DNA of 50,289 bases from Proteobacteria bacterium UBA2770 (GTDB lineage: Bacteria; Pseudomonadota; Gammaproteobacteria; UBA2770), in the NCBI GenBank assembly GCA_002352565.1, contig DEIQ01000069.1, positions 3,241 to 53,529 on the forward strand, written 5' to 3'. Position 1 is the first letter of the stretch, and the number at the start of each line of letters is the position of its first letter. Made by a program: the position numbers and the translations under genes. Of this stretch, positions 26,933-42,659 are shown one piece after another. The notes beneath the pieces are model-generated. The model was not told the origin of the DNA. It searched no databases and saw nothing but the letters and a program-made list of their open reading frames with translations.

Positions 26933-27090
26933 GAGCCTCTGATCAAGTCTGGACGAAGGAGATTGTGGTTCCCCATGTTCAGATTCTCGGGTTGGATTGC
27001 ACGGGTTAGCAGGGCTATTGCGAAGATTGTCAACGATGAAGCTGGGCATAAGGGACGCAAGAACCGGGTTCATGATTTAATCAGAGGCTC
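26933..27090 (+). repeat. MITE-like TIR element, copy C (overlaps the purK 3' end)
   Basis: Ends GAGCCTCTGATCAAGTC / GATTTAATCAGAGGCTC. The right-hand TIR (27070-27090) encodes, on the minus strand, EPLIKS plus the purK stop. Confidence 0.8.
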
Positions 27091-28179
27091 CTTGGTATAT
27101 TTTAACACTTGATCCAACGACCTGGCCAGGTTTCCACTATCCTGATGACGGAGGGTCACATGGCCAAGTTTGCGCCCAGGGCGCGGCATTTTACCGTAAA
27201 GGTGGAGATGCAGTCCAGGCAATGATAACAACTGATTCATCGACATGACATGACCGACCAGATTAACAGTAGCGCAATGCCCAACGCTTTCGGTAGCGCC
27301 CAGAGGATAGCCGCATATAGCGCGCAAATGATTCTCAAACTGACTGCATTCCGCGCCTTCGATGGTCCAGTGCGCCGAATTGTGCACTCGCGGTGCCATT
27401 TCGTTAACCAGAAGGCCATTGGCGGTCACAAAAAACTCAATGACCATCACCCCGACATAATTCAGGGCTTCCAGCAGGGCAATCATGATCTCCCGGGCCT
27501 GCGGTTCAATCCCGGCGGATTGTTCGTTCGGTAACAAGGGCCGGGCCCATCGGAGAATGCCTTTTTCCTGATGCGTCCGGGTCAAAGGATAAAACCGAGT
27601 GGTTCCGTTCAGCGCTCGCACCGCTGCCAGAGCAGCTTCCCACTCAAAATCCACGTGTTGTTCAACAATAAGCGGCACCATAGTGCCGACCCTCCCAAAA
27701 AAAGGTTCCAGCGGGGTAGCCTGAGTGATGATCCATTGCCCTTTTCCGTCATAACCGTAACGCCGGGTTTTCAAAACAGCTGGCAGACCCAGCTGGCCGA
27801 TCGCATTTCTCAGCTCATTGACATGTGCGACAGGGCTAAAAGCAGCGGTAGGTATGGATAATTTTTCGCACAGTTTTTTCTCCAGCAAACGATCCTGTGT
27901 CGCCAACAGGGCCTGTGCTGGCGGATGCAGCCGCGAAGCAGGCAATGACTCAATGGTTGCCTGTGGTATATGTTCCAACTCGTAGGTAATCACATCCATG
28001 TCTTTGATCCATTCCAGGATGCGAGTGGAGTCGTCGAACGGGATAGCTGTGAGCGGAGCCACCGACCCTGAGCAGGCATAAGGATCGGGATCAATGGTGC
28101 GACAGCGAATATCCAGAGGCCATCCGGCCAGCGCCAGCATGCGGGCAAGTTGCCCACCTCCCAAAATACCCACATTCAT
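27070..28179 (-). CDS. purK: N5-carboxyaminoimidazole ribonucleotide synthase
   Basis: 369 aa. MNVGILGGGQLARM N-terminus, an ATP-grasp fold, and a C-terminal GRKLGH motif. The start overlaps the purE stop (ATGA). Confidence 0.9.
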   Translation of the reverse strand: MNVGILGGGQLARMLALAGWPLDIRCRTIDPDPYACSGSVAPLTAIPFDDSTRILEWIKDMDVITYELEHIPQATIESLPASRLHPPAQALLATQDRLLEKKLCEKLSIPTAAFSPVAHVNELRNAIGQLGLPAVLKTRRYGYDGKGQWIITQATPLEPFFGRVGTMVPLIVEQHVDFEWEAALAAVRALNGTTRFYPLTRTHQEKGILRWARPLLPNEQSAGIEPQAREIMIALLEALNYVGVMVIEFFVTANGLLVNEMAPRVHNSAHWTIEGAECSQFENHLRAICGYPLGATESVGHCATVNLVGHVMSMNQLLSLPGLHLHLYGKMPRPGRKLGHVTLRHQDSGNLARSLDQVLKYTKEPLIKS

Positions 28180-28679
28180 GGCTGATTTCTCGGATCCGGG
28201 CAGGCAAGCACCTGTTGTCGCTGTCGATCGACAAAGTCTGAAAGACGGTCTTGCAATAGCATATCATCCATGGCAAGGATGCGCGCTGCCAGCAAAGCAG
28301 CGTTAATGGCGCCAGCTCGCCCAATCGCCAGCGCCCCTACCGGCACACCTGCAGGCATTTGAACAATAGATAGTAGTGAATCCATGCCCTGTAATTGTTT
28401 CGACGGCATGGGCACACCCAGCACAGGAACCAGAGTTTTCGATGCCAGCATGCCTGGCAGATGGGCAGCGCCACCAGCGCCGGCTATAATGGTTTTCAAT
28501 CCGCGTTCTAAAGCGCCTTCGGCATACTCGAACAACAGATCAGGGGTTCGATGTGCGGAAACCACGCGCACTTCATGCGCGATTTGCAATTGCTCCAGCA
28601 TATCCACGCCATAGCGCATCGTATCCCAATCGCTCGTCGAACCCATGACGACGCCAATACAAGGTTGTGAATCATTCAT
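28176..28679 (-). CDS. purE: N5-carboxyaminoimidazole ribonucleotide mutase
   Basis: 167 aa. GVVMGSTSDW, SAHRTP, and AGGAAHLPGM are class I PurE motifs. Confidence 0.95.
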   Translation of the reverse strand: MNDSQPCIGVVMGSTSDWDTMRYGVDMLEQLQIAHEVRVVSAHRTPDLLFEYAEGALERGLKTIIAGAGGAAHLPGMLASKTLVPVLGVPMPSKQLQGMDSLLSIVQMPAGVPVGALAIGRAGAINAALLAARILAMDDMLLQDRLSDFVDRQRQQVLACPDPRNQP

Positions 28680-28864
28680 TTCATGAATCTACCGCTGTGA
28701 TAAAAGTTGGATTATAAACTGATGCAGCATCAGCTATTCTCCCAATAAAATTCTGCTCAAGCAGGAATATTTGACGTTTTCGGCTATGTTTAATATGTTA
28801 TGGTGTTAAAGATTTGAACATGGATGTTGCCAAGTTGTCTACATATTAAGGATAAACAAGGATT

Positions 28865-30061
28865 ATGAGCCAAGGATTTTTTATACTGATTTTTCCTTTG
28901 ATTTTAGGCTTTATCGGGTTGTTTACCAATGGCCTGGCGTTGGTAATGCTGTTTCGCCCTTTTGAGCGCAAACGCTATCTCGGCATCCCGTGGCAGGGAA
29001 TCGTTCCACGCAACATGCCGCGATTTGCCAAAATGATTGCCAATGTCATTGAAAATGAAATGATTCATCTGAGTGACATTGCTGGATTTATCGATCCCGC
29101 TGTTTTATTGGAAAACAACCAGGAAGCCTTCATAGCAGGGATTGAGGAAAACCTGGATCAATACGCCAAAAGCATGCCTGAGAAATACCGCGCCATGCTC
29201 ACTGGCGACAACAAACGCGCTTTTGCAGAAGAACTTTTCAAACAGATCAAGGAGCAAACGCCTGAGATCACCGAGGCGTTTCTAAATCACGCCATGCAGA
29301 AAGTCGGGGTACGCGACCATATTCTGCATAATATTACCAGCGCCAGCGGTAATGTCCTTGAAACCTTGATGTTTCGTCTCGCCAAACGTGAGTTTTATAT
29401 CATCGTCGGATATGGCGGAATTTTTGGTGCCCTCCTGGGTTTTGTACAGTTTGCCGTTTTTTCTCTTGGGTTCAGCGGTTGGACCCTGCCGATCAGCGGA
29501 GCTCTGGCCGGGTTGCTCACCAATTATCTGGCTCTGGTGATGCTATTCAAGCCTGAAGAACCGGTTCAAATAGGGCCGATACGTCTCCAGGGTGCAATTC
29601 CATCGCGGGCGGACTCTCTGACGGAAAACCTGCAAACGGTGATTCCCGACTTCCTCGATGTGGGCGAGTTGTTTGCCGACATGATTGAGACTTTGACGCC
29701 AGACGTGTTGAGCCAGGCTATGCGTTATGAGTTCGATACGCTTCTGCCCGAAAAAGCGCCCCATCTGGCGCAGATGTTTTCCCAGATGATGTCGGGCGAT
29801 CAAAAAGAAAAAATGATCGACACGCTCGTTGCGGGCATCAATGAACGGTTGCCGCAGTTCAAACAGACGGCGCGGCAATATGCGCGCGAAAACGTTAATC
29901 TTGCCAAGGTCATGCAAGCAAAAGAATCTTACACGATCGATGAATTCATGCAGTTTATTCGCAGCATGCTGACGACCGAACAAACTGCTGTTATCGCTTA
30001 TGGTGGGATATTCGGCGGACTGATAGGCTTGATGATGATTTTATTGCCAGCTAGCGGCTAA
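28865..30061 (+). CDS. DUF445-family membrane protein
   Basis: 398 aa. TM helices at both ends flank a long soluble helical region, and the motif GxIPxxxxxxA recurs (WQGIVPRNMPRFA, LQGAIPSRADSL), as in DUF445 proteins. The family call is from memory. Confidence 0.65.
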   Translation: MSQGFFILIFPLILGFIGLFTNGLALVMLFRPFERKRYLGIPWQGIVPRNMPRFAKMIANVIENEMIHLSDIAGFIDPAVLLENNQEAFIAGIEENLDQYAKSMPEKYRAMLTGDNKRAFAEELFKQIKEQTPEITEAFLNHAMQKVGVRDHILHNITSASGNVLETLMFRLAKREFYIIVGYGGIFGALLGFVQFAVFSLGFSGWTLPISGALAGLLTNYLALVMLFKPEEPVQIGPIRLQGAIPSRADSLTENLQTVIPDFLDVGELFADMIETLTPDVLSQAMRYEFDTLLPEKAPHLAQMFSQMMSGDQKEKMIDTLVAGINERLPQFKQTARQYARENVNLAKVMQAKESYTIDEFMQFIRSMLTTEQTAVIAYGGIFGGLIGLMMILLPASG

Positions 30062-30084
30062 TTGCAGAGATGAAGCAATAGCGT

Positions 30085-30780
30085 ATGACAAATAATGCAA
30101 AACAAGGGTCGATGCGTCCTCATACAGACCTGATCAATGCGGATTATCCGGGCGACGAGCGCCGCCTTTTGCTTCATTCTTGTTGTGCGCCTTGCGCGGG
30201 AGAAATCATGGAATCCCTGCACGGAATCGGAATGGATTTCACGGTATTTTTTTACAATCCCAATATCCATCCGCTCAAGGAATACCTGCTGCGCAAAGAT
30301 GAGAATATCCGCTTCGCCGAGAAAATGAAGGTCCCGTTTGTAGACGCCGATTATGATCGTGATCGCTGGTTTGAGCGGGTTCGGGGGCTGGAACAGGAGC
30401 CCGAGCGCGGCCAGCGTTGTAGCGTTTGTTTCGATATGCGCTTTGAACGCTCGGCATTATACGCGCATGAGCATGGATTTGAGGTTATGACCAGCACCCT
30501 TGGAATCTCACGCTGGAAAAATCTCGAGCAGATCAATGATAGTGGCGCACGCGCCACATCGCGCTATCCAGAGCTTGCGTACTGGACTTACAACTGGCGC
30601 AAGAAAGGTGGCTCTCAGCGCATGATTGACATTTCAAAGCGTGAGCAATTTTATCAGCAGGAATATTGTGGTTGTGCCTTCAGTTTGCGTGATACCAATG
30701 CCTGGCGTCGGAAAAACGGCAAGCTTCCGGTTCATCCCGGCGAACGATTTTATGGCGCCGACCAATCCACGGAACCATGA
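30085..30780 (+). CDS. queH: epoxyqueuosine reductase QueH (DUF208)
   Basis: [25 protein letters not shown], and a C-terminal YCGC cysteine cluster typical of QueH. Confidence 0.8.
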   Translation: MTNNAKQGSMRPHTDLINADYPGDERRLLLHSCCAPCAGEIMESLHGIGMDFTVFFYNPNIHPLKEYLLRKDENIRFAEKMKVPFVDADYDRDRWFERVRGLEQEPERGQRCSVCFDMRFERSALYAHEHGFEVMTSTLGISRWKNLEQINDSGARATSRYPELAYWTYNWRKKGGSQRMIDISKREQFYQQEYCGCAFSLRDTNAWRRKNGKLPVHPGERFYGADQSTEP

Positions 30781-31409
30781 ATAAAGCCGATCCCGCCCCT
30801 CTCATACTGGCCATGACCGGCGCGTCCGGCAGCGCTTATGGTGTGCGTCTGCTTGAATGTTTGCTCGAACAGGGTAAAACCGTGTATCTTGTGGTGTCCG
30901 ACGCCGCGCACCTGGTTTTAGCGATGGAAACGGACTGGTGCCTGCCAAAGCGGGCAGGAGAAGCAACCCGTTTGCTCAACGAGCGTTATGCTGATTTCCC
31001 GGGCCAGGTACAGGTATTCGCCCCTCAACAATGGATGGCGCCTATAGCCAGCGGTTCAGGGCGCTGGCAGGCTATGATTGTATGCCCCTGCACCACAGGC
31101 ACACTGGCAGCGATCGCATCCGGTCATAGTGATCACCTGATCGATCGTGCTGCTGATGTTTCACTCAAAGAAAAACGGCTCTTGATCCTGGTAGTGCGCG
31201 AAACCCCGTTTTCGCTGATTCATATCGAAAACATGCGCACGCTGACGCTGGCTGGAGCGGTGGTGATGCCGGCTAATCCAGGTTTTTATCACCAGCCGCA
31301 AAGCGTGTCCGAACTCGTAGACTTCATGGTAGCGCGCATCTTGGATCAACTGCATATCGATCATCACCTGTTGGCCCGCTGGGGTGAGCCGGGGAGACCA
31401 CCATCGTGA
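30777..31409 (+). CDS. ubiX: flavin prenyltransferase UbiX
   Basis: 210 aa. [27 protein letters not shown], and the VRETP..L.H..NM motifs. The start overlaps the queH stop (ATGA). Confidence 0.9.
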   Translation: MNKADPAPLILAMTGASGSAYGVRLLECLLEQGKTVYLVVSDAAHLVLAMETDWCLPKRAGEATRLLNERYADFPGQVQVFAPQQWMAPIASGSGRWQAMIVCPCTTGTLAAIASGHSDHLIDRAADVSLKEKRLLILVVRETPFSLIHIENMRTLTLAGAVVMPANPGFYHQPQSVSELVDFMVARILDQLHIDHHLLARWGEPGRPPS

Positions 31410-31652
31410 ACGGCGCCATAACAGGCTGAAAGCATGTGAAAATCGGCCCGGACGCTGAATAATCAGCTTTAATATCAGCGTACAGCGATTTATCAATCAA
31501 ATTGTTGTAATATAGTCGCTGATTGCGACAACTTAAAACCGGAAACCCGAAAGTCGCGAGTTTTACTTTGATTGAGTGATGGCATGTTTATTGCCGGATA
31601 TCTTGCATGTAAAAACCAACACCTCAGATGAAACGTGAGGTCATCCCGTTTG

Positions 31653-37519
<5,867 letters not shown>

Positions 37520-37963
37520 TCGCATCGCCGGTCACCAGGCTCGATGCACCGGAAGTTACAGCGCTGGAGCACTAAGGAACCTCAGTTGCTGACACGATTT
37601 TGTCGCGATGAACTGCATGGGCCGAAGCAGGACAATAGCATCAAAGACTGATAGTGCTCCTATTGCTATTGGAGTAAGAACATTGCATAAAATGGTCGTA
37701 CTACATTGATCTGCCCCGGAAGGAACGATTACAGCATCTCATCATCGATGCATTTCTTCGTGGCAAAGGAAGCGGAAGGGAACTTGGCTAAAAAGTCATC
37801 AACTCAGGCTTATTACAGGTGCCTTGAGATAATCAGCCATCTGTGTCTCAAAGATCCGCATACATTTTACCAGCGTCTCGGCTACGAGCAACACAAGCGT
37901 TAGTCGATCTTGCGTGATCCCTCTCAAACCATTCAAACCAGAGGTCAGGAGTAACCGAACGCG

Positions 37964-38164
37964 ATGGAAGTGATCATCAACGGAGAAGTTCAGCATTTTC
38001 CCGATAACACGCACATCCTCGATATGGTGCATTTGCTTTCCCTGGAAGGGCGCAGAATCGCCATAGAGATCAATGGAGAAGTCATTCCCCGCAGTCAGTA
38101 TCCAGCACGCAGACTTCAAGATGACGACAAAATTGAAATCATTCGAGCAGTAGGAGGTGGCTGA
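37964..38164 (+). CDS. thiS: sulfur carrier protein ThiS
   Basis: 66 aa, ends in GG, has a ubiquitin-like ThiS pattern, and lies immediately upstream of thiG. Confidence 0.85.
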   Translation: MEVIINGEVQHFPDNTHILDMVHLLSLEGRRIAIEINGEVIPRSQYPARRLQDDDKIEIIRAVGGG

Positions 38165-38166
38165 AG

Positions 38167-38949
38167 ATGACTACAGATGGCTGGATCATCGGTGAACGCT
38201 CGTTCTCGTCGCGGCTACTGCTTGGCAGTGGAAAATACGCCTCTATGGATCAAATGTTTGCTGCTTTGTCAGCTTCAGCTACGGAAATGGTGACTGTAGC
38301 GATCCGCCGATTGGGAAATCCGCCCCAAAACGAAGGAGAAGATCTGTTGAGTGCCCTGCTGGATCAGGGTTATGCGGTTTTGCCCAATACGGCGGGCTGC
38401 ACCCGTGCCGATGAGGCGATCCGCACGGCATTGCTGGCGCGTGAACTGCTCGACGGTCAGACCTTGATCAAGCTCGAAGTCATTGGCGATGCCACCACCC
38501 TTTACCCGGACGTATGCGCAACGTTAAAGGCGACCGAGCAACTGGTCACTATGGGCTTTGATGTAATGGCTTATACCAGTGACGATCCGGTGGCTGCGCG
38601 TCAGATGGAAGAACTCGGTTGTGCGGCAATCATGCCATTAGCGGCGCCGATCGGCTCTGGATGGGGAATCCGCAATTTAGCCAATATCCGCTTCATTGTT
38701 GAGCAGGCAAAGATTCCGGTTTTGGTGGATGCCGGAGTCGGTACCGCTTCCGATGCTGCCATCGCCATGGAACTCGGCTGTGATGGCGTATTAATGAATA
38801 CCGCCATCGCGGGCGCTCAGGATCCGGTCATGATGGCAGGCGCTATGGCCAAAGCCGTCGCCGCAGGCCGCGAAGCTTTTCTTGCCGGCCGCATTCCCCG
38901 CCGCAAATATGGTTCACCTTCCTCACCGGTTGAAAACATGTTGCAATGA
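38167..38949 (+). CDS. thiG: thiazole synthase ThiG
   Basis: 260 aa. [32 protein letters not shown], and VDAGVGT.SDAA.AMELG.DGVL.NTAIA. Confidence 0.95.
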   Translation: MTTDGWIIGERSFSSRLLLGSGKYASMDQMFAALSASATEMVTVAIRRLGNPPQNEGEDLLSALLDQGYAVLPNTAGCTRADEAIRTALLARELLDGQTLIKLEVIGDATTLYPDVCATLKATEQLVTMGFDVMAYTSDDPVAARQMEELGCAAIMPLAAPIGSGWGIRNLANIRFIVEQAKIPVLVDAGVGTASDAAIAMELGCDGVLMNTAIAGAQDPVMMAGAMAKAVAAGREAFLAGRIPRRKYGSPSSPVENMLQ

Positions 38950-39671
38950 ATACCCCGATACCAGACATGGTTCCGAACACCACGCCTCACCAGCGGAGCT
39001 TCGTGCGCCGCGAAGGGCGGGTTACAGAAGGACAGGTCAGAGCCATCGAGACCTTATGGCCGACTTATGGGTTAACGCCTATATCCGGCGTCCGGTGGGA
39101 TTTTGACACGATATTCGGTAGATCTGCGCCCAAGGTACTGGAAATCGGATTCGGTAACGGGGAATCGTTTGTATCCATGGCGCGCCATAGTCCGGGAAGG
39201 GACTTCATCGGCATAGAAGTGTACCGCACCGGAATTGGCCGAACCCTGGCAGCGCTCCATCAGGCGAATATTCCGAATGCCCGTCTCGTGATGATGGATG
39301 CCAGTTTAGCGCTTTCAGATCATATCGCGCACTGTAGCCTCAATGAAATTAAAATACTGTTTCCTGATCCATGGCCAAAAAAACGTCATCACAAGCGTCG
39401 ATTTATTCAAGCGGAAACCCTGGCATTACTGGTATCGCGGCTGAGGCCCCAAGGATTTTTACATATCGCCACCGATTGGGAAGATTACGCCCGGCATATC
39501 ACCTGTTGCCTTGAAAGTGAGCCACTGCTGATCCCAGTCGGGCATGATGCGATTCCCGATGGGGTATTATGTCCCCGATCTGTCACTCGTTTTGAGCAAC
39601 GAGGGCGAGATCTTGGTCATGATATTCATGAATTTTTTCTCATGCGATCCAGCCAAACACCCATTTCCTGA
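38946..39671 (+). CDS. trmB: tRNA (guanine46-N7)-methyltransferase
   Basis: 241 aa. [27 protein letters not shown], and IATDW.DYA. The start overlaps the thiG stop (ATGA). Confidence 0.9.
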   Translation: MNTPIPDMVPNTTPHQRSFVRREGRVTEGQVRAIETLWPTYGLTPISGVRWDFDTIFGRSAPKVLEIGFGNGESFVSMARHSPGRDFIGIEVYRTGIGRTLAALHQANIPNARLVMMDASLALSDHIAHCSLNEIKILFPDPWPKKRHHKRRFIQAETLALLVSRLRPQGFLHIATDWEDYARHITCCLESEPLLIPVGHDAIPDGVLCPRSVTRFEQRGRDLGHDIHEFFLMRSSQTPIS

Positions 39672-39909
39672 TATCCTGGTTCCCCCGCCTCCACGAATAG
39701 TAGAGCCTTTGCCAGCCTATTGGCACAAAAACAGCTTTCATGTTATCTCCGCCACATGCCTGTTGCTGATATCAGTAGCCGACTTCCAACGTCTGTGAAC
39801 AAAATAGTGCTTATTTTGCTATTCGGTGCCATAATTCAGATGGTTTGGAGCGATTCCGGCAATCAAAATATTTGGGCTCAAGTTTTATTAAATTCGAGGG
39901 AGTGAAGCC

Positions 39910-40305
39910 ATGTCAAAATCCGCGATGGTTCTGGGAATCACCGGCGTTATTTTTCTCGGCTATGGATTGCTGTGCTGGCTGATACCGGATCCGGTTTTGA
40001 AGCTAACTGGCATGCAAATTTCCGCCGCTTCAGGCTTGGTCGAATTTCGTGCCATGTATGGTGGCATGCAGATGGGATTTGGTCTATGGTGTCTGATGGC
40101 TTTGGGCGCCGAAAACAGGCGCATCCCGGGATTGTGGAGCGTACTGCTGATCATGGGTGGTTTGGCTCTGGCCAGAGTTATAGCCATTTTCGCCGGTGCT
40201 ACAATCAGCTTGTACCTAAGCGGCGCTTTGATCTATGAAGGCCTGACCGCCTTGGCGGCTGCCTTTTTTCTCGGTCGAGAAGGGCGTAAATCTCAAAAAA
40301 TCTGA
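39910..40305 (+). CDS. DUF4345-like small membrane protein
   Basis: 131 aa with four hydrophobic helices. EFRAMYGGMQMGFGL resembles the DUF4345 signature. The family call is from memory. Confidence 0.6.
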   Translation: MSKSAMVLGITGVIFLGYGLLCWLIPDPVLKLTGMQISAASGLVEFRAMYGGMQMGFGLWCLMALGAENRRIPGLWSVLLIMGGLALARVIAIFAGATISLYLSGALIYEGLTALAAAFFLGREGRKSQKI

Positions 40306-40334
40306 CACGGGCTTATTGTCGTAGTTAGGCGTCC

Positions 40335-40560
40335 CCGCATGATTAAGATTGCATATGGATTAATGCAGACGGGCTACCAGCGTGGATTCTGCGCTTCCAG
40401 TTAATACCGCTTCACAACCGATGACTTCCCAATTCGCGAGTTTACCGTTCGTCCATACCTACGCAAAGCTAACCATAGGTAGCTTTGCTGCTGGATTCCT
40501 GCTTCACCGAGGCCGGTTTCGTCTTGAGCTTGCGCCCAAGACCAGCGCCTTCCTCTCCAC
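40335..40560 (-). ncRNA. candidate TnpB omega/reRNA scaffold region
   Basis: Positional inference only. In characterised TnpB systems the guide RNA scaffold overlaps the tnpB 3' end and runs to the element end. A perfect 9-bp hairpin, GCAAAGCTA(loop)TAGCTTTGC (40463-40488), spans the tnpB stop codon. Confidence 0.2.
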
Positions 40561-41663
40561 AGGCTGACACGGTGAAACTCACCGCCAGGTTCTTCAAATT
40601 GATTGCCGCGTTCACGTCTCGATCATGAACCGAACCACACGCTGGGCACGCCCACTTGCGCATCGCCAGCGGCAAGGTTTCGAGCTTGTGTCCACAGCAC
40701 GAGCAGGTTTTACTGCTGGGGTACCAGCGATCTGCCACGACGATCATTCCACCGCGCTGGGCCGCCTTGTAGTCCAGCTGCCGCCGGAACTCGAAGAAAC
40801 CCATATCGGACACCGCTCGCGACAAGTGCCGGTTTTTGACCATGCCGCGCACGTTCAAGTCCTCGATGCCGATCGTGTGAAACCGGCGTGTCAGATCGGT
40901 CGTGAGTTGATGCAGGGCATCATTGCGGATGTTGCCGATACGGGCGTGCAGCCTGGACAGTTTGGCCTTCGTCTTCTTCCGGTTCTCCGAGCCTTTGACT
41001 TTGCGCGACAGCCGTTGCAGTCTGGACAGCAAAGCCTTGCGCGCCTTTGGCCCCGTGATGCTTTCTCCCGTTGAGAGTATCGCCAGCGCCGATACGCCCA
41101 AATCCACACCCACTGCGCCTTGGTTTTCGGACCTTGGCAGGTGCGAATCGTCTTGGGTATCGACCGTAATGCTGGCAAACCAGCGGTCGGCCACGCGGGA
41201 GACCGTGGCCGACATGATCTTGCCGGTGAAGCGCAACGTCTCACGCATACGCACCCAGCCCAGATTGGGGATACGTATGCGTGAACCATCGACACTGAAC
41301 TGGTCATTGGTCAGCGTGAAACTGTCGCGACTTTTGCCTTTCTTTTTGAATTGCGGATACTTGGCGCGACCGGCGAAGAAATTCTTGAAGGCTGCACCCA
41401 GCTGGATGATCGCCATTTGCGGCGCATTCTTGGTGACTTCCAGCATCCACGGGAATTGCTCGTGTTTGATGGCGTTGAGTTGACGGCGCAGCGACATTTG
41501 TGACGGCTTGGGCAGGCTGTTATCGGCTTTGCTCGCCTCGTGCTGCCAGCTGCCATTCGGCCAACGCCCAGTTGTAGGCGAAGCGGGCCGTCCCTGCCGC
41601 GCGAGCAAAGCAGGTCGCCTGCACGTTGTTTGGGTCGAGCGCGATTTTGTGGGCGATCAGCAT
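40469..41663 (-). pseudogene. tnpB: tnpB (RNA-guided nuclease family) disrupted by a 7-bp tandem duplication
   Basis: An ATG at 41663 opens MLIAHKIALDPNNVQATCFARAAGTARFAYNWALAEWQ, which then hits a stop. The 379-aa ORF continues in another frame from ..WQHEASKADNSLPKPSQ. The switch coincides with TGGCAGC-TGGCAGC (rc of 41552-41565), and deleting one copy restores a 395-codon ORF. RuvC D (GVDLGV), E (IGIEDL), the CxxC..CxxC zinc finger and HDRDVNAAINL are all intact. Confidence 0.8.
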
Positions 41664-42279
41664 GAGGCGGCCTCCACGGCTTGCTTCACGCCATCAAGCA
41701 GCTTCTGGTTTTTACGCGAGCGGCTGCCATAGAGCCGTGCCGAGAATACGGTGATGATCTCCAGCACGTCTTTCGCCAAATCTTCCTCGAACGTGGTGTC
41801 CACGCCTTTATTGATGATGAGTACCTCAACATCCTTCGCTTCGCAAATTGCAAATACCAATTCCGCGCCGAAACGCAACAGGCGGTCTTTGTGGGCGACG
41901 ACCAGGCGACCGACGCGCCCTTCGATGATTTCATCGAGCAGCCGCTTCAAACCTTTTTTGTTGTAGTTCAGCCGGAACCCAGATCGGCAATCACCTCGAA
42001 CGTCCAGCCCTGTTTAGCGCAGTACAGTTCCAGTACCTGTTTCTGCCGCTCCAGATCGTCTTTCTGGTCGTGGCTGGAAACACGGGCATATGCAATGGTT
42101 TTGCGATCTTGCGGCGCTGCGTGAAATAACTCCGGCTTGAGCTTCGCAAGGTCGTACCGGCGCTGCCGTCCCGCCGTGCGTTCCGGTATCAGCTTGCCTT
42201 CAGCCTCCCACCGCCGCAATGTCGTGATCGACACGCCCAGCGCTTCGGAGGCTTCGCCTATTGCTACATATCTATCCAT
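41657..42279 (-). pseudogene. tnpA: IS607-type serine recombinase tnpA with a 1-nt frameshift
   Basis: The N-terminal piece (MDRYVAIGEASEALGVSITTLRRWEAEGK..IAYARVSSHDQKDDLERQ..DLGSG) stops at TGA 41968. The rest (NYNKKGLKRLLDEI..VVAHKDRLLRFG..) continues in the -1 frame from the same position. The total of 623 nt needs one extra base to give an open 207-aa frame. Confidence 0.8.
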
Positions 42280-42295
42280 AATGATTTGACTCAAT

Positions 42296-42540
42296 CACTG
42301 TAATCATATCGGGCGTCATTTTAGTAGGCTCTGACGCCTCTGCGCGCCGTTGTTCCGTCCTTTCTTGTGCCTGTTTATGGCGATACCATCCGGCGCCTGT
42401 ATTCCTTGCCAGCTCCCTGCTCACGGGGCCTGATTAGTGCCAATGGTCTCAGCAATCTTCCTTTGGCTACAACCGCTTTTCTTCAGGGCTGAAATCTGGC
42501 ATCGTTGTTCGCAGGTCAGTTGTTTGTAAGTTCTCATCAT
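42296..42540 (-). pseudogene. IS30-family transposase N-terminal fragment (frameshifted, truncated by the IS607 insertion)
   Basis: The minus strand reads MMRTYKQLTCEQRCQISALKKSGCSQRKIAETIGTNQAP then a stop. The next frame reads VSRELARNTGAGWYRHKQAQERTEQRRAEASEPTKMTPDMITVIES, which is the typical IS30 HTH region. The frameshift lies in a C/G run near 42425-42428. The DDE domain is absent, and the sequence runs straight into the tnpA start. Confidence 0.6.
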
Positions 42541-42659
42541 CACTTAATCTCTGCCGGAGAAAAAGGGTAGGAGCTTACCTTCAGCTGGACCCTTCTTCTA
42601 CCTGATTAGGTGATGCACTTCAGATTTGAATCCGCGATATATAGATGTGTTTTTTGTCA

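Larger units (their letters stand above)
40331..42295 (-). mobile_element. IS607-family (IS200/IS605 superfamily) element with inactivated tnpA and tnpB
   Basis: A serine-recombinase tnpA (MerR-type HTH plus resolvase core) overlaps tnpB (ATGCTGA junction at 41657-41663), which is the standard IS607 layout. The ends are not defined by TIRs in this family, so the boundaries are approximate. Confidence 0.65.

Noticed and set aside
37780-37963. TPP (THI-box) riboswitch upstream of thiS
   Set aside because: GGTGCCTTGAGAT superficially resembles GGGGUGC..CUGAGA, but the ACCC, ACCUGAU and GCGUAGGGA elements are missing. TTGAGA instead pairs locally with TCTCAA.
40382-40567. 61-aa plus-strand ORF downstream of DUF4345
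   Set aside because: It overlaps the tnpB 3' end and the putative IS right end on the opposite strand, with no family signal.
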